The notes under the pieces were generated by a model. That model saw nothing but the letters and a program-made list of their open reading frames with translations. It was not told where the DNA came from and did no database searches. A program made the position numbers and the translations under genes. A stretch of 63,621 bases of DNA, counting the filler, from Chiloscyllium plagiosum (taxonomy: Eukaryota), in NCBI RefSeq assembly GCF_004010195.1. It is 6 parts of one record of this genome, joined end to end, with 100 filler letters (N's around TTAATTAATTAA, not from the genome) between each part and the next. Parts side by side here need not be neighbours in the genome. Positions count along the whole stretch, not along the records: positions 29,354 to 58,590 come from NC_057717.1; positions 58,691 to 61,480 come from NC_057717.1; positions 61,581 to 63,621 come from NC_057717.1; 3 more parts are not named here. One strand, 5' to 3'. Positions 49,761 to 62,790 of the stretch are shown in pieces. The stretch's first letter is position 1. Each line of letters opens with the position of its first letter.

Positions 49761-51399
49761 CGAAGTTGAAACTTGACGGTCATGGACGGACACTCATTTT
49801 GTCCCAAGCAGCCATTGATAACGTGAGAAATGTCATACTTTCCATAGGATGCTCGATTCCCAATAGTTTACGTGCCAGTGCATAGACCTCATTTCGATTA
49901 ACAGAGAGGTACAGTCTCCGAATGAACTCTGAACACTGTAATGGACAGTTTCCGTGTGACCCTCCGCTCAATGTTACATTGTCCATATTCCTGTCAGCCA
50001 CAATACCTTCATTCTGAAACAGTTAGCCATTCCCCACCAGCTTCTGATTTCTAGAGAGAACATAGGTCTGGTCTCTCACCGACGGCAGATGCCTTTGGGA
50101 CTCGTTTAATAAAAATGGCTTCATTCCCACAGCCAGAAAAGCATGTTAACATAACACGGATGCACTACGAATAATGAAGTCACGAGGAATACCATGGAAC
50201 AGTCCATCTGTGCAGTTCCTGCTCCATTTGCTTGTTATACTGAAGCATCTCTGAGACTTCCCTGTTCCAGTGTTAGTGACTTGAGAAGCTGAATGGCCTC
50301 TTCCTGTTCCTTTGTAAGCCACTCCAGGTGTGAAATGGTCACTTTCTGATCCCGTGTAACTGATGTATGGGAGTGAGCAGACTCCTTGTCTTCCTGTGCA
50401 ATGGCAGGCGGGATTGAATGTGCTGTCCCTTTTCTTGTCCAGTAGTTTGATGGGCCGAATGACTTTCTCATATTCCTGTGAAGCCAGATTGAGATACTTA
50501 GTGAACTCCTCCATTTACTGTGGAAATGTGCAGCGCTGTTTCATGAATGTTACCTACAGTTTTACAGCACAGGCTGAACATTGTCTAAGTCTTGTTGCAC
50601 ATGGATACAGACTGCATCAGGAGGTCAAGGATGACGAAGATTTCTGAGTATTGTGTAACGTACAGTAAATATCCCCATTTCTGATCGATGTGGGCTCAAT
50701 GGGATGAATGGCCTGCTTCCTCACAGCAGAGATTCCCTGCTGACAAACTGAGGATGCCTGGGCTGAGGTAGCTACCCTGAGGATCTCCTGCAGAGATGTC
50801 CCACGGCTGAGATATTGATGCCCACTAATGATAAACATGTACCATTGTGCTGTGGATGATTCCAAACGCTGGAGAGTTTGCAATGGATTTTGATGAAGTG
50901 CAATTTTGCTTTGGCTTCTTGTTGTTAAATACTGCCTTGATGTCAGGGCCAGTCGCTCTTTGCTAAGTCTTTGTATTCACCTCTATTGCTCATATCATTA
51001 GGTCATTGTGTAGGAGCAGGCATTGATTTTTTTCAAATATTGGGTAATGAATATCAGAAATTCTCTATTCCAGAATGTCAGGGGAGCTATAGCAGTAGGT
51101 GGCATCAAACTACACCTGTCTAGCAAGTTAGAGAGTCTGAATGGGACATCAGAATAAGAGCAGGGTTAGATCGTTAGACACTATTAACCTTCTCCAACAG
51201 GCATTACGATTGTGGCTGATCAGAATGTGGTATCAAATCTACTTTCCTGTCTGTATGCCATCATCTGTGACTCACTTCTCTGTCAAATATTTAACCAACT
51301 CAGCTTTGGATAAATTTGAACAAAGAGACGCCACATACCTCTGGAGAAGAGAATTCCCACTCAAATGATCCTTTTAAACTTTCTCCTCATCTCCATTAC

Positions 51400-52745
51400 A
51401 GTGCCATGCAGCACGGAGACCTATCCACATAACTTAGACATCGAAATCTGATCTAGTCCTATTTGCCAGCAATAGGCACATATTCCTCTAAATCCTTCCT
51501 ATTAAAATGCATATCCGGATGCCTTTTAAATATTGTAACTGTACCAACCTCCATAACTTTCTCTGAGTGCTCACTCCATACACACTACATAACCTGCATG
51601 AAAACATTGACCTTTTACTATCTTTCTCCTCTCACCTAAAGCCTTTGTCCTATAGCTGTGAACTCCTCTAATGTGGGAAAAAAGACCTTGGCTATTTAGA
51701 TTATCCATGTTCTTCATGATTTTATAAACCTCTATGATGTCACGCCTCAGCCTCCAATGCTCCAGAGGAAACAAGCCCCGTCTGTCCAGCCTCTCCCTGT
51801 AGCCTAATCTCTCCATGCCCGGCAATATCCTTGTAAATCTTTTCTGCAACCTCTCAAGTTTAACAATATCCTACCTGTAGCAGAACGCAGTGAATTAAGC
51901 ACAGTATTCTAAATCTGGCCTCACCAACGTTATGCCCAGTCGCACATAATCTCCCAACTCGCATAATCAATGCACTAATCAATAAAGGCAAGCATACCAA
52001 ACCCTTCCTTCACTACCCTATCTCCCTGCAACTTCACTTTCAAGGGTCTATAGTCCTGCATCCTTTTGTTCAACAGCGCCCCCCGGGACCTCACCATTAA
52101 TTGTATATGTCCTGCCCTATTTTACGTTCGCAAAATGCAATACTTCACATTAATCTAAATTTAACTCCATCTGTCACTCCTTGGCCCATTGACCCATCTG
52201 ATCAAGGTGACATTGTACTCTGAGGTAAAACTTGCTGGCCACTCCACCTCCAATTTTAATATCATGAGTTAACATAATAAACAAGCAAATATTCACATTC
52301 ATAACATTTATATAAATAAGGACAAGCAGCCGATTCAGCACGGCTCCTTGTGGCACATCACTGGTCATAGGGCTCCAGTCTGAAAAGCTGTCCTTTACTA
52401 CCCTCTGTCTCCTACCTTCACTCTAATTTTGTCCTCAATTGGCTAGCTTATCTTGCATCTATTTATGACCTAACCTTACTGACTTGTCCGCCATGTGGAA
52501 TCCTGTCGAATGCCTTGATGAAGTCTATATGGACAGCGTCTACCACACTGCCATCACCAATCTTCTTTGTCAACACTTCACAAAATGCAATCAACTTTGT
52601 TAGAAATGATTCCACATCGGCAAAGCCATGTTGACTATCCTTCATCAGTTGTTGCATTTGCAAATACATGTAAATCCTGCCCCTCTCAATGCTCTCCAAC
52701 AATATGGCCAACCATTGACGTCAAGCTCACCGATCTATAGTTCAG
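51400..52745 (-). mobile_element. 5'-truncated CR1 LINE, paralogue of 18660-20100
   Basis: SQHGF..IDFIKAFDRIPH, VPQGAVL..HDIKIGG and QKRFTRILPGMERLGYRERLDR. Confidence 0.85.
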
Positions 52746-52759
52746 GGCATCATTCGCTT

Positions 52760-53620
52760 TTCTCGTCCCAAACTTCCGCTGCTCATTGTAAATGTTAATG
52801 TAACCGGGTTGGTGATATGATCACTAGTATAGATCTTAGGCTGTGTGAGGATTAGGAACAAGTCAGGCAGTATTCTTTAATCTGCCAAAATTAACAAGTT
52901 TATGACCGAAACAAAGTTACTCAAACTAGGATGGAAAGATGAATGACAAATAGTTTGACTATTGCAAATCTGTGTGCCGATGTTTCCCTCTCTAAAATAC
53001 TGACACATGCACACATTTGATGACAAACTGAAAAATAGAATCTCTGCAGAACGTTAACTTGAAAGAACTCTGCCTAAATCTTAATTGAACTCATGACGAA
53101 AGGAAACATGAGTGATAGTTCCTATTATCATTCAGCTCATGAAGTTATTCTGCTCTTATAAGCTACTGGTAATTGGATCACTTCCTGGAACAGGTGGATT
53201 TAGTTGGATTGCCTTTACTTCAGGCAGTGGGACGATTCCAGTCAATCCTCGACAGGAATCCTCCATGAGTGGTAAAGACAACTGAGGAGTTTTCAGCTCA
53301 CATACATTGCTGGGAAGAGGAGTACAGAGAGAGAGTGAGCAACAGGCTGTTCCTTCTAAGGAAGGATGCATTTTCTTCCTTTCTGATTTGAATCACACAA
53401 TAGCGTTATCCGGCCCTAAACTGGACCAACTGAATTCTGCTTGAACAGTGTCTGAACTGTCCGACTCCAGCACATTCCCTGCTCCATGTAGGTACATAAT
53501 TGCTGTTGTTGAACATCCAGCCATTTCTTTTGGAACAAATAACGCCACTAGTTTCGAAGTTGTGCTTATATGTTCACGTATACTTTTATAATATAGCTTG
53601 TAATTTCTTCACAATATCTG
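52760..53620. mobile_element. Probable LTR remnant
   Basis: Its left end is shared with 41730-41875 and, inverted, with 18430-18655. Classification rests on general LTR-like character only. Confidence 0.4.
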
Positions 53621-53629
53621 CATTTCAAT

Positions 53630-54380
53630 GAATACATCTTATTCTTAAATTAGCTCCCCAGTCTTATTCTCCCATAGAAGATACAATATTCACCAGCTCA
53701 AAACATTATATGGTTAATAAGAACATTTCTCATTCTCAAGCCTAAACGTTTAACCGTTCATAACATAATGCCTTCATCGCAAGAACGAGTTAAGAGAAAT
53801 ACCTTTGAAACATTTCAAAAGCATTTTTTTCACTTCAGTGGAATTACAACCGTGTACAGTATGTCAGATGTGGTCTCAGCAACGGCCTGTACAGATTCGG
53901 GAAAACATCTTTGAGATCAGCCCAATACTCTTTGCAAGAAAAAGTATAATTTCATTTAATTTTCAAATTACGTGCTGCCTGTACAGACTAACTTTATGTG
54001 ATTTATTACCAGGACACATGAATCCCTTTGTACCACGGAGTTCTGCATTCTGCCTCCAGTTGTATAATTTACGGTTGTTTTATGCTTCCTCCAAAACACA
54101 GATTTGCCATCACCCACATTGTTTTTTTTGGCGAAGATTTACTCACTGCCCTCCCCTGTCTGTATTCCATTGCTGCCGCTCTGCCTCCACATGAAAACTT
54201 GTTGAATGACCATCCTGGTGTATGAGCAAACTGAGCTCCAAGTTTTCAGACCCTTCTTCCAAATCATTAACCTACATTGTAAACTGTTGATGTTCTCATA
54301 CTGATTCCTGAGGAATTCCACTAGTTACAGCTTTCCAACCTGAAAATAAGTGATTATCTCGACTCTGTATTTCCTGGTAG
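53630..54380 (-). mobile_element. Highly decayed CR1 LINE fragment
   Basis: Antisense QVGKL*LVEFLRNQY (degenerate VTSGVPQGSV) and GRC*DHI*HTVHG remnants. Confidence 0.45.
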
Positions 54381-54804
54381 CGGACCAGGGCTCTCCTGTT
54401 CCTGTTTAACAGCCTAGAAAGGTAGCATGTCCTCCTGTTATACTGTGTAGCTGATTGTCGATTTGTTTCTGATCGCAGTGATCCTCCATTCGGGCCATTT
54501 GTTGTCAGCTGAGTAGGTGGAGTTCGTACTGTTAATGATCCTGATCCCTGAGAGTTTAAAAGATGAGCACAGAATTAACATTTGGGGGATCGCTATCTTT
54601 CTGATGAAACGATAGAATCATCGGCAATTTCAGTCATGTGCTCAATTTTGACCTTCAGACACTGTGAACGGAGCAGAGTTCCTATTAGCCTGAGGAACAT
54701 TGGTCCCCTTAACAACACAACCAATAAAGTCCATCATTATTTTCATTTTTGGCTGTTGTGTTGAAAAATTGATGCAGTCACTACACATTAAAATAAGCGA
54801 TTGT

Positions 54805-55190
54805 CTTTGAGAGGTGACCTTACAGAGGTACATAAAATAATGAGGGGCATGCGTAAGGTAAATAGGCAAGATATTTTCCCTGTAGTAAGGGATTCCAGAA
54901 CTAGAGGGCATAGGTTTAGGGTGAAAGAACAAAGATATAAAAGAGATCTAACGGGCAACATTTTCATGCAGAGGGTGGTACGTGTATGGCATGATTCACC
55001 AGAGCAAGTGGCGGAGGCTGGTACAACTGCAACAATTGAAAGGTATCTGCATGGGTATATGAATTGGAGGGCTTTGGAGGAATATGGCATATGGGACTAG
55101 TTTGGGTTACGATATGTGGTCAGCATGGATGAGTTGGACCGCAAGGTCTGTTTCCATGCTCTACACCTCTAGGACTCTGTGACTCTATGG
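54805..55190 (+). mobile_element. CR1 LINE 3' end
   Basis: LRGDLTEVHKIMRG..SRTRGHRFRV..FMQRVVRVW, with tail CTCTAGGACTCTGTGACTCTATG. Confidence 0.9.
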
Positions 55191-55689
55191 CCAAGTCTTC
55201 ACTGTTCCCTGGGGATGAGAATACCACAGACAGCACAACCTTAAGGAGATAGGAACATTCTTATCTCAATCTTAAATGGGGAGACCTTTAAATGTAAAAG
55301 TAATGATCGTCACAGCACGTCAGCTTCCCCATTTTAAAAATGAGCGCACAACCAATTGGAAAGACATAGACCATTCAGCCCGTCAAACCTATCCCACAAT
55401 CCCATTGGCTCCGTTCTGTACAGTATTTATCAAACTCAGCCTCGACTGCTCTCTTGGTTAGACATTTCGGACAGCGTAAACCATAGAGAGTATGAAATTG
55501 GTGCAGAACTAGACTCTTTGGTTCATCAAGTCTGATCTGCTGGTCAACCATGGCTGACATGTTTCTCAACAAAATTATCCCGCCTTCTCACTGTTATCTT
55601 GATGCCCTTATCAATCAGTATATATCTATCTCTGTCTTAAAGACAGAACTGTGTCTGTGGCTCTATGTCTGTAAGCATGTCTGTGTTTC

Positions 55690-55935
55690 AGCTTATTGGC
55701 AGGAGGCACAGGGTGGTGGAGGAAAGTTGATTTTTAGGCTGGAGGCCTGTAACCAGTGGCGTTGCACAGGGATTGGTGCTGGATCCACTTTTGGTTGTCA
55801 TTTATATCAATGATTTAGATGAGAATTATACAAAGTATGGTGAGCAAGTTTACAGATGACAACAAGATTAGTTATATAGTGGAAGGTGTAGAAGGTTACA
55901 TAAGATTACAACGAGGTCATGTTTGATTGGGTCAA
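55690..55935 (+). mobile_element. CR1 LINE RT fragment
   Basis: WRPVTSGVAQGLVLDPLLVVIYINDLDE..SKFTDDNKI. Confidence 0.85.
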
Positions 55936-56300
55936 TGAATCATAGAAATATACAACACAGAAACGCACTTTCTGGGCAAACCCATTCGTGCCAACAAGAT
56001 GTCGTAAGTTAACTTAGTTTCATTTTCCAGCATTTGTACCATATCCCTCTTAACCCTTCCAATTCAAGTCCCCATCCAGATGCGTTTTAAACGTTGTAAT
56101 TGTACCATCCTCCACCACTTCGTCTGGCAGCTCGTTGCATACACATACCACCTTCTGTGTGAAAATGGTCCCCTTAGGTCCCTTTTATACCTTGTCCATC
56201 TCATCTTAAATCTATGTCCACTTGTTTTGGACTTCCCTACATTGGGGTAAAGACCCTGAATATTCACCCTATCCATGGTCTTCATGATTTTATGAATATC
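55936..56300 (-). mobile_element. CR1 LINE 3' end
   Basis: IHKIMKTMDRVN..TSGHRFKMR..KRDLRG. Confidence 0.8.
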
Positions 56301-57184
56301 TAGAATGTACAAATTTGACTCAAATCAACACGAATGACTGTGTTTTCAGTAAACTTGGGCCAAAATTCTGAACTTCAATACTGACTCCTATTCCTTCTTC
56401 ATCACATCACAATTCTAAAATCATTTTAACAACTTCTTCTGCCACGTTATGAAACACCTCTGTGGGATTTGAATCCAGACTTTTGGATTCAGAGGGAGGC
56501 ATACTACCACCATTTGCAAAAATCCCTGAAGCTGCAACATTGTTCTCATGTGTGTTTGTTCACCATGCAGTTTTGAAATACTATGACATACTTCCGTGAC
56601 AGGCAGGACTTGAATACAGACATTCTGGTCTAGAGTGCGAGACACTACCAGGCAAGTTCAGGTATTGGAATCTAACCCAGAGCTCTGGCTCAGAGGCCTG
56701 GGCGTTACTCACTATACAAGTCTTAAACCATGCCCAGATTTTGGGTCACGTTTTAAATGTCAGCTTTCAGCTCGGTGTGGATTCAGTAAAATTTGGTTAA
56801 CTTTACTGAATTACACAGTTAAATGAATTACATTATTAAACAGGTGAAAGGTACTCACTTCAACTCTAGGATGTTGAGTTTATGTGTGCTGCCTTCGAGA
56901 TACACTATGAAGATCTTTAATTGCTTGGCTATGGTTTCCAGCTTAAGTGGCTATTATCTGACATCTGCAATATGAGGGAGAAAGCATCCTGCAGACACAC
57001 TCTGCACTATAAAGGATCTGGAATAGATATTTATTACTGAACACTAGAGACCAAGAAAGAACATACTTTCTGGATCAGAAACACCAATCACTCTTTCCTG
57101 CTTCTAAAGTGCGGCTGCTCTCTTCTTAAAACCACGAAGGAATCCAAGGCAGCTGATTACTGTCCAGCTTTTCTTCGCCAGTAC

Positions 57185-57760
57185 TTTCAGTCACTGGACT
57201 GAGGAGTGGCAGATGGCGTTTAATTTCAATAATTACAATGTATTACAATTTGAGAAAACAAACAAGGAGAGGACACCTACAATTAAATGTCGGGCCATTG
57301 GTAGTATTGTAGAACAGAGATATCTAGGGTTTTGAAGTTAGCACCATGTGTAGGCACGGTGGTTATTAAGGCGTTTAGTTTGCTAGCCTTCATTGCTCAG
57401 ATCTTTGCGTACAGGAACTGGAATATTATCTTCAGGTTGTACTGGACATTCGTGAGGTCTCTCCTGAAGTACTGTGGAGTTATGGTCACCCAGTTACATT
57501 GAGGATATTATTAAAGGGGAGAGGGTTCAGAAAGGATTTGTCAGTCTGTTGTTGGCAATGGAGTGTTTAAGGACAGGCTCGATGGACTGGGAACTTTGCC
57601 ACTGCAGCGTAGAAGGTTGAGGCATTATCAACCTTATAGACGTTTATAAAACATTTAGGGGTATAGATAATGTTAAATGGAAGGTGCCCTTTCCTTACGG
57701 TGGTGGATTTCAAGACTGGAGGTAATTTTAAGATGACAGGAGAAAGGTTTACAGAAGACA
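57185..57760 (+). mobile_element. CR1 LINE fragment, probable paralogue of 16660-17415
   Basis: WTEEWQMAFN, RYLG, VRSLLKYC and IDVYKTFRGID motifs. Confidence 0.75.
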
Positions 57761-57764
57761 AAGT

Positions 57765-58380
57765 GTCATAGAGCTACCCAGCTCTACCCAACCTGTCCCT
57801 GCCAAACAGATGACCTACATTAGTGTAGTTCCATTTGCCAGCATTTGGCCTATATCCTCCTAAACACTTCCTATTCACATGCCCGTCCAGATGCCTTTTA
57901 AATGTTGTAATTGTCCCAGCCTGCACAACTTCCGCTGGCAGCTCGTTACATATAAAGCACCCTCTCTTTGAAAGCGTTGCCCCTTACATCCCTTTTAAAT
58001 CTTGCCCCTCTGAACTTCAACCTACGTCCTCTAGCTTTGGAACATGCTACCCTGGAGAAAAGACCTTGGCCAGTGACACTACCCATTCCACTTGTGAGTA
58101 TATTAACCTCTATGATCACAATTCAACCGCTGATGCTTCAGGGAAAATAATCCCGGCATATTAAGCCTCTCCATAAATCTCAAAACATCCAAGCCTGGCA
58201 ATATCTTTGTAAATCTTTTCTGAATTCTTTCACGTTTCACACATCTTTCCTCGAATAACGGGACCATAATTGCACGAAGTATTCAATAGTGGTCTAACCA
58301 ATGTCCTGTACAGCTGCAATATGACCTTCCAACTCCTACATTCAATGCACTGTCCAACAACGACAAGCATATCAAACACC
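57765..58380 (-). mobile_element. CR1 LINE 3' portion
   Basis: Antisense LQLYRTLVRPLLN and CR1 3' UTR (AGATGCCTTTTAAATGTTGTAATTGT). Confidence 0.8.
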
Positions 58381-58590
58381 TCAAAGTTTGTGAGAAGATT
58401 TGTAGCTCGGATGCTCGTTGTTGTGGTTCTGTTCGCCGAGCTGGGAATTTGTGTTGCAGACGTTTCGTCCCCTGTCTAGGTGACATCCTCAGTGCTTGGG
58501 AGCCTCCTGTGAAGCGCTTCTGTGATCTTTCCTCCGGCATTTGTAGTGGTTTGAATCTGCCGCTTCCGGTTGTCAGTTCCAGCTGTCCAC
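58381..58590 (-). mobile_element. Terminal region of a probable second Penelope-like family with a hammerhead motif
   Basis: Minus strand GCACTGAGGATGTCACCTAGACAGGGGACGAAACGTCTGC. CpG-rich, so probably young. Interrupts a CR1 and runs into a linker. No ORF visible. Confidence 0.65.
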
Positions 58591-58690
58591 NNNNNNNNNN
58601 NNNNNNNNNNNNNNNNNNNNNNNNNNNNNNNNNNTTAATTAATTAANNNNNNNNNNNNNNNNNNNNNNNNNNNNNNNNNNNNNNNNNNNN

Positions 58691-61480
58691 GACCTCCTCA
58701 CACTCACTCCATCACTGTCACACTGACCCACTCACACTCACTGCATCACTGTCACCCTGACCCTCTCATACTCACTCCATCACCATCACCCAGACGCCCT
58801 CACATTCACTCCATCGCTGTCACACTGACACCTTCTCCCTCACTCCATCGTCATTACCCTGACACTCACATTCACTCCATCACCGTTACACTGATCCCCT
58901 CACACTCACTTCGTCACCGTCACACTGAACCCCTCACACTCACTCCTTCTCCATCACAGTGACCCTTCACACTCCCTCCATCACCGTCACCCTGACGTCC
59001 TCACACTCACTCCATCGCCGTCACACTGAACACTTCACACTCACAACATCACCATCACCCTGACCCTCACACTCAATCCATCACTGTCACCCTGACCCCC
59101 TCACACTCACTTCGTTACCGTCACACTGATCCCACATACTCACTCCATCACTATCACCCTGACCCTCTCACACTCACTCCATAACCGTCACCCTGAACTC
59201 CTCACACTCACTCCATCATAGTTACCCTGATCCCCTCACACTCACTCCATCACCGTCACACTGATCCTCTCACACTTACTCCATCACCGTCACCCTGACC
59301 CGCTCGCACTCACTCCATCACTGTCACCCTGAACCTCTTACACTCTCTCCATCACTGACACACTGAACCACTCACACTCACTCCATCGCTGTCACCCTGA
59401 CCCTCTCACACTCACTCCATCACCGTCACACTGACTCTCTCACACACTCCATCACAGTCACCCTGACCACCCTCACTCACTCTATCACCATTACCCTGAA
59501 CTTCTCACACTCTCTCCATCATCGTCAAACCGACCCCCTCGCACTCATCCATCAACATCGCAATGACCTCCTGACACTCACTCCATCACTGTCACCCTGG
59601 CCCTCTCACACTCACTCCATCAGTCACCCTGACCCTCTCACTCACTCCATCACAGTTACCCTGACCACCCTCACTCACTCTATCACCATTACCCTGAACT
59701 TCTCACACTCCCTCCATCATCGTCAAACCGATCCCCTCGCACTCATCTATCAACATCACACTGACCTCCTGACACTCACTCCATCACTGTCACCCTGATC
59801 CTCTCACACTCACTCCATCACCAGCATCCTCACCTCCTCACACTCACTCCATCACCGTCACCCTGACTCTCTCACACTCACTCCATCACTGTCGCCCTGA
59901 CACCATCACACTCACTCCTTCACCGTCACATTGATCCGCTCACATTCACTCACATCATCGTCACACTGACCTTCTCACACTCACTCCATCACCGTCACCC
60001 TGACTCCCTCACACTCATTTCAACACCGTCACACTGACTCACTGACACTCACTCCATCACCCTCACACTGACCCGCTCACAGTCATTCCAAGACTGTCAT
60101 CCTTAACCTCTGACACTATCTCCATCACTGACACACTGAACCCGTCACACTCACTCCATCACCGTCAACCTGATCCACTCACACTCACCCCATCAACGTC
60201 ACCTGACCCCCTGACACTCACTCCATCAACCTCACCCTGAACCGCTCACACTCACTCCATCACTGTCACCCTGAACCTCTCACACTCACTCCATATCTGT
60301 CACACTGAAACCCTCGCACTCACTCCATCATCGTCACCCTATCCCTCTCACACTCACTCCCTCAATGTCACTCTGATCCCCTTACAGTCACTCCTTCACC
60401 CTCAATAAGTCCCCCCACACTCACTCCATCACCATCGCGCTGACTCTCTCACACTCATGCCATCACTGTCACCCTGACCAGCTTACACTCACTCGATCAC
60501 CGTCACCCTTAACTTTCAATCTCACTCCATCACCCTCACCCCGACCCTCTCACACTCACTCCATCACCGTCACGATGACCACCTCACACTCACTCCAGCA
60601 TTGTAACAGTGACCTCCTCACACTCACACCATCAACGTCAGCCTGACACACACACACACTCCATCGCCATCTCACTGACACCCTCAGACTCACTCCATCA
60701 ACGTCACACTGATCCCTTCACACTCACTCGATTACCATCACCCTGACCCTCTCACATTCACTCCATCACCGTCTCCTTGACCCTCTCACTCTCACTCCAT
60801 TACCGTCACCCTGAGCCCCTCACACTCACTCCATCATTGTCACCCTGACCCGCTCACACTCACTCCATCACCGTTACACTGATCTCCTCACTCCTACTCC
60901 ATCACTGTTAACCAGACTCTCTTACTTTTAGTCCATCACCGTCACCCTGACCCCCCACACTCACTCTATCATCAGTACCCTGAACCTCTCACACTCTCTC
61001 CATCATCGTCAAACTGACCCCATCGCACTCATCCATCAACATCACACTGACTCCCTGACATTCACTCCATCACCGTCACCCTGACTCTCTCACACTCAAT
61101 CCATTACTGTCAAACTTACCCCCTCACATTCACTCCATCACCGTCTTACTGACTCCCTGACATTCACTCCATCACCGTCACCCTCACCCCCTCACACTCT
61201 CTCCATCACCGTCAAACTGATCCCCTCACACTCAATCCATCACCATCACCATGACCCCCTCACACTCATTCCATCACCGTCACCCTGTCCCCTTCAAACG
61301 CACTCCACCACCGCCAGCCTTAATCCCTCACACTCACTCCCTCACCATCACCCTGACTCCCTCACACTCACTCCATCACCGTCACCCTGACCACTTCACA
61401 CTCAATCCATCACCGTCACACTCACCCTCTCACATTTACTACATCATTGTCACCCTGAACCCCTCACACTATCTCCATCA
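58691..61480. repeat. 34-bp satellite/minisatellite array, about 80 diverged copies, filling an entire contig
   Basis: Consensus approximately CACACTCACTCCATCACCGTCACCCTGACCCTCT. The plus strand is strongly C-rich and G-poor. Confidence 0.95.
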
Positions 61481-61849
61481 NNNNNNNNNNNNNNNNNNNN
61501 NNNNNNNNNNNNNNNNNNNNNNNNTTAATTAATTAANNNNNNNNNNNNNNNNNNNNNNNNNNNNNNNNNNNNNNNNNNNNATCAGTCAGCACGGAAAAAT
61601 GAGACTATTAACAGGGACCTCTTCCTTTTTTTAAAAAACTTAATCACTTTATTCATAGAAAAGGCTGCACTTTTGACTGATCCCTACATGTCCAATATAG
61701 AGAAGACGGTGCTCAGTACTAAGAGTACACTTTCTGTTAACACTTTACATCATCAATGGAGGGTGCCCCCTCGGAAGACTGCGTCGAATCTGCAGGATGT
61801 GTGGGAGATATCTCCTCAGCGGCATGCTCAGGTAATTGGCCGTGGGGAA

Positions 61850-62291
61850 AGCACAGCTACAGGGATAGGATAGTAAGGTGGCTTTAAAAGGGATGATAAT
61901 TTTGAGGATCAATTTGGATTCAATTGTCAAACTGACCTGCTTCCACGCTGGAGGCATTCAGTGATTTTTTCTTGGGGATATAAAATGCAATCGCCAAATT
62001 TGCAGGTGACACTAAAATGGATGGAAAATTAGTTCGCAATGAAGATGTCTGAAATTTTAAAATGCATATGGAGAGGTGAAGTGAATAGGCAAAAGGTTGG
62101 CAGTGAAATTTAACACGGACATGTATGAGGCTCTCCATTTTGTTCAGTGTGTAAGAAAGACAACTTATTATATAAATCAAGACAGATTTCAGAGAGCTTA
62201 CGTGCAGAGGGATCGGGTTTTCCTCGCATACATTGCAGAAAGCTCCCACGCAGGTGCATCAGGAAATGAGGAAAGCAAACGTAATTTCCGT
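61850..62291 (+). mobile_element. Decayed CR1 LINE RT fragment
   Basis: IAKFAGDTK, WQ*NL and YEALHF..VQRD remnants. Confidence 0.65.
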
Positions 62292-62790
62292 NNNNNNNNN
62301 NNNNNNNNNNNNNNNNNNNNNNNNNNNNNNNNNNNNNNNNNNNNNNNNNNNNNNNNNNNNNNNNNNNNNNNNNNNNNNNNNNNNNNNNNNNNNNNNNNNN
62401 NNNNNNNNNNNNNNNNNNNNNNNNNNNNNNNNNNNNNNNNNNNNNNNNNNNNNNNNNNNNNNNNNNNNNNNNNNNNNNNNNNNNNNNNNNNNNNNNNNNN
62501 NNNNNNNNNNNNNNNNNNNNNNNNNNNNNNNNNNNNNNNNNNNNNNNNNNNNNNNNNNNNNNNNNNNNNNNNNNNNNNNNNNNNNNNNNNNNNNNNNNNN
62601 NNNNNNNNNNNNNNNNNNNNNNNNNNNNNNNNNNNNNNNNNNNNNNNNNNNNNNNNNNNNNNNNNNNNNNNNNNNNNNNNNNNNNNNNNNNNNNNNNNNN
62701 NNNNNNNNNNNNNNNNNNNNNNNNNNNNNNNNNNNNNNNNNNNNNNNNNNNNNNNNNNNNNNNNNNNNNNNNNNNNNNNNNNNNNNNNNN

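Noticed and set aside
50146..50514. 122-aa ORF with a counterpart near 21450-21595
   Set aside because: The paralogue is interrupted by a solo LTR and contains stops, and the sequence looks like stacked CR1 3'-tail remnants (CCATTCAGCCC motifs).
58691..61480. CRISPR-like array, given the 34-bp periodicity
   Set aside because: Head-to-tail diverged monomers without unique spacers, no cas genes, and a vertebrate context. It is a satellite.
61251..61532. His/Pro/Thr-rich protein
   Set aside because: A translation of the 34-bp satellite running into a linker.
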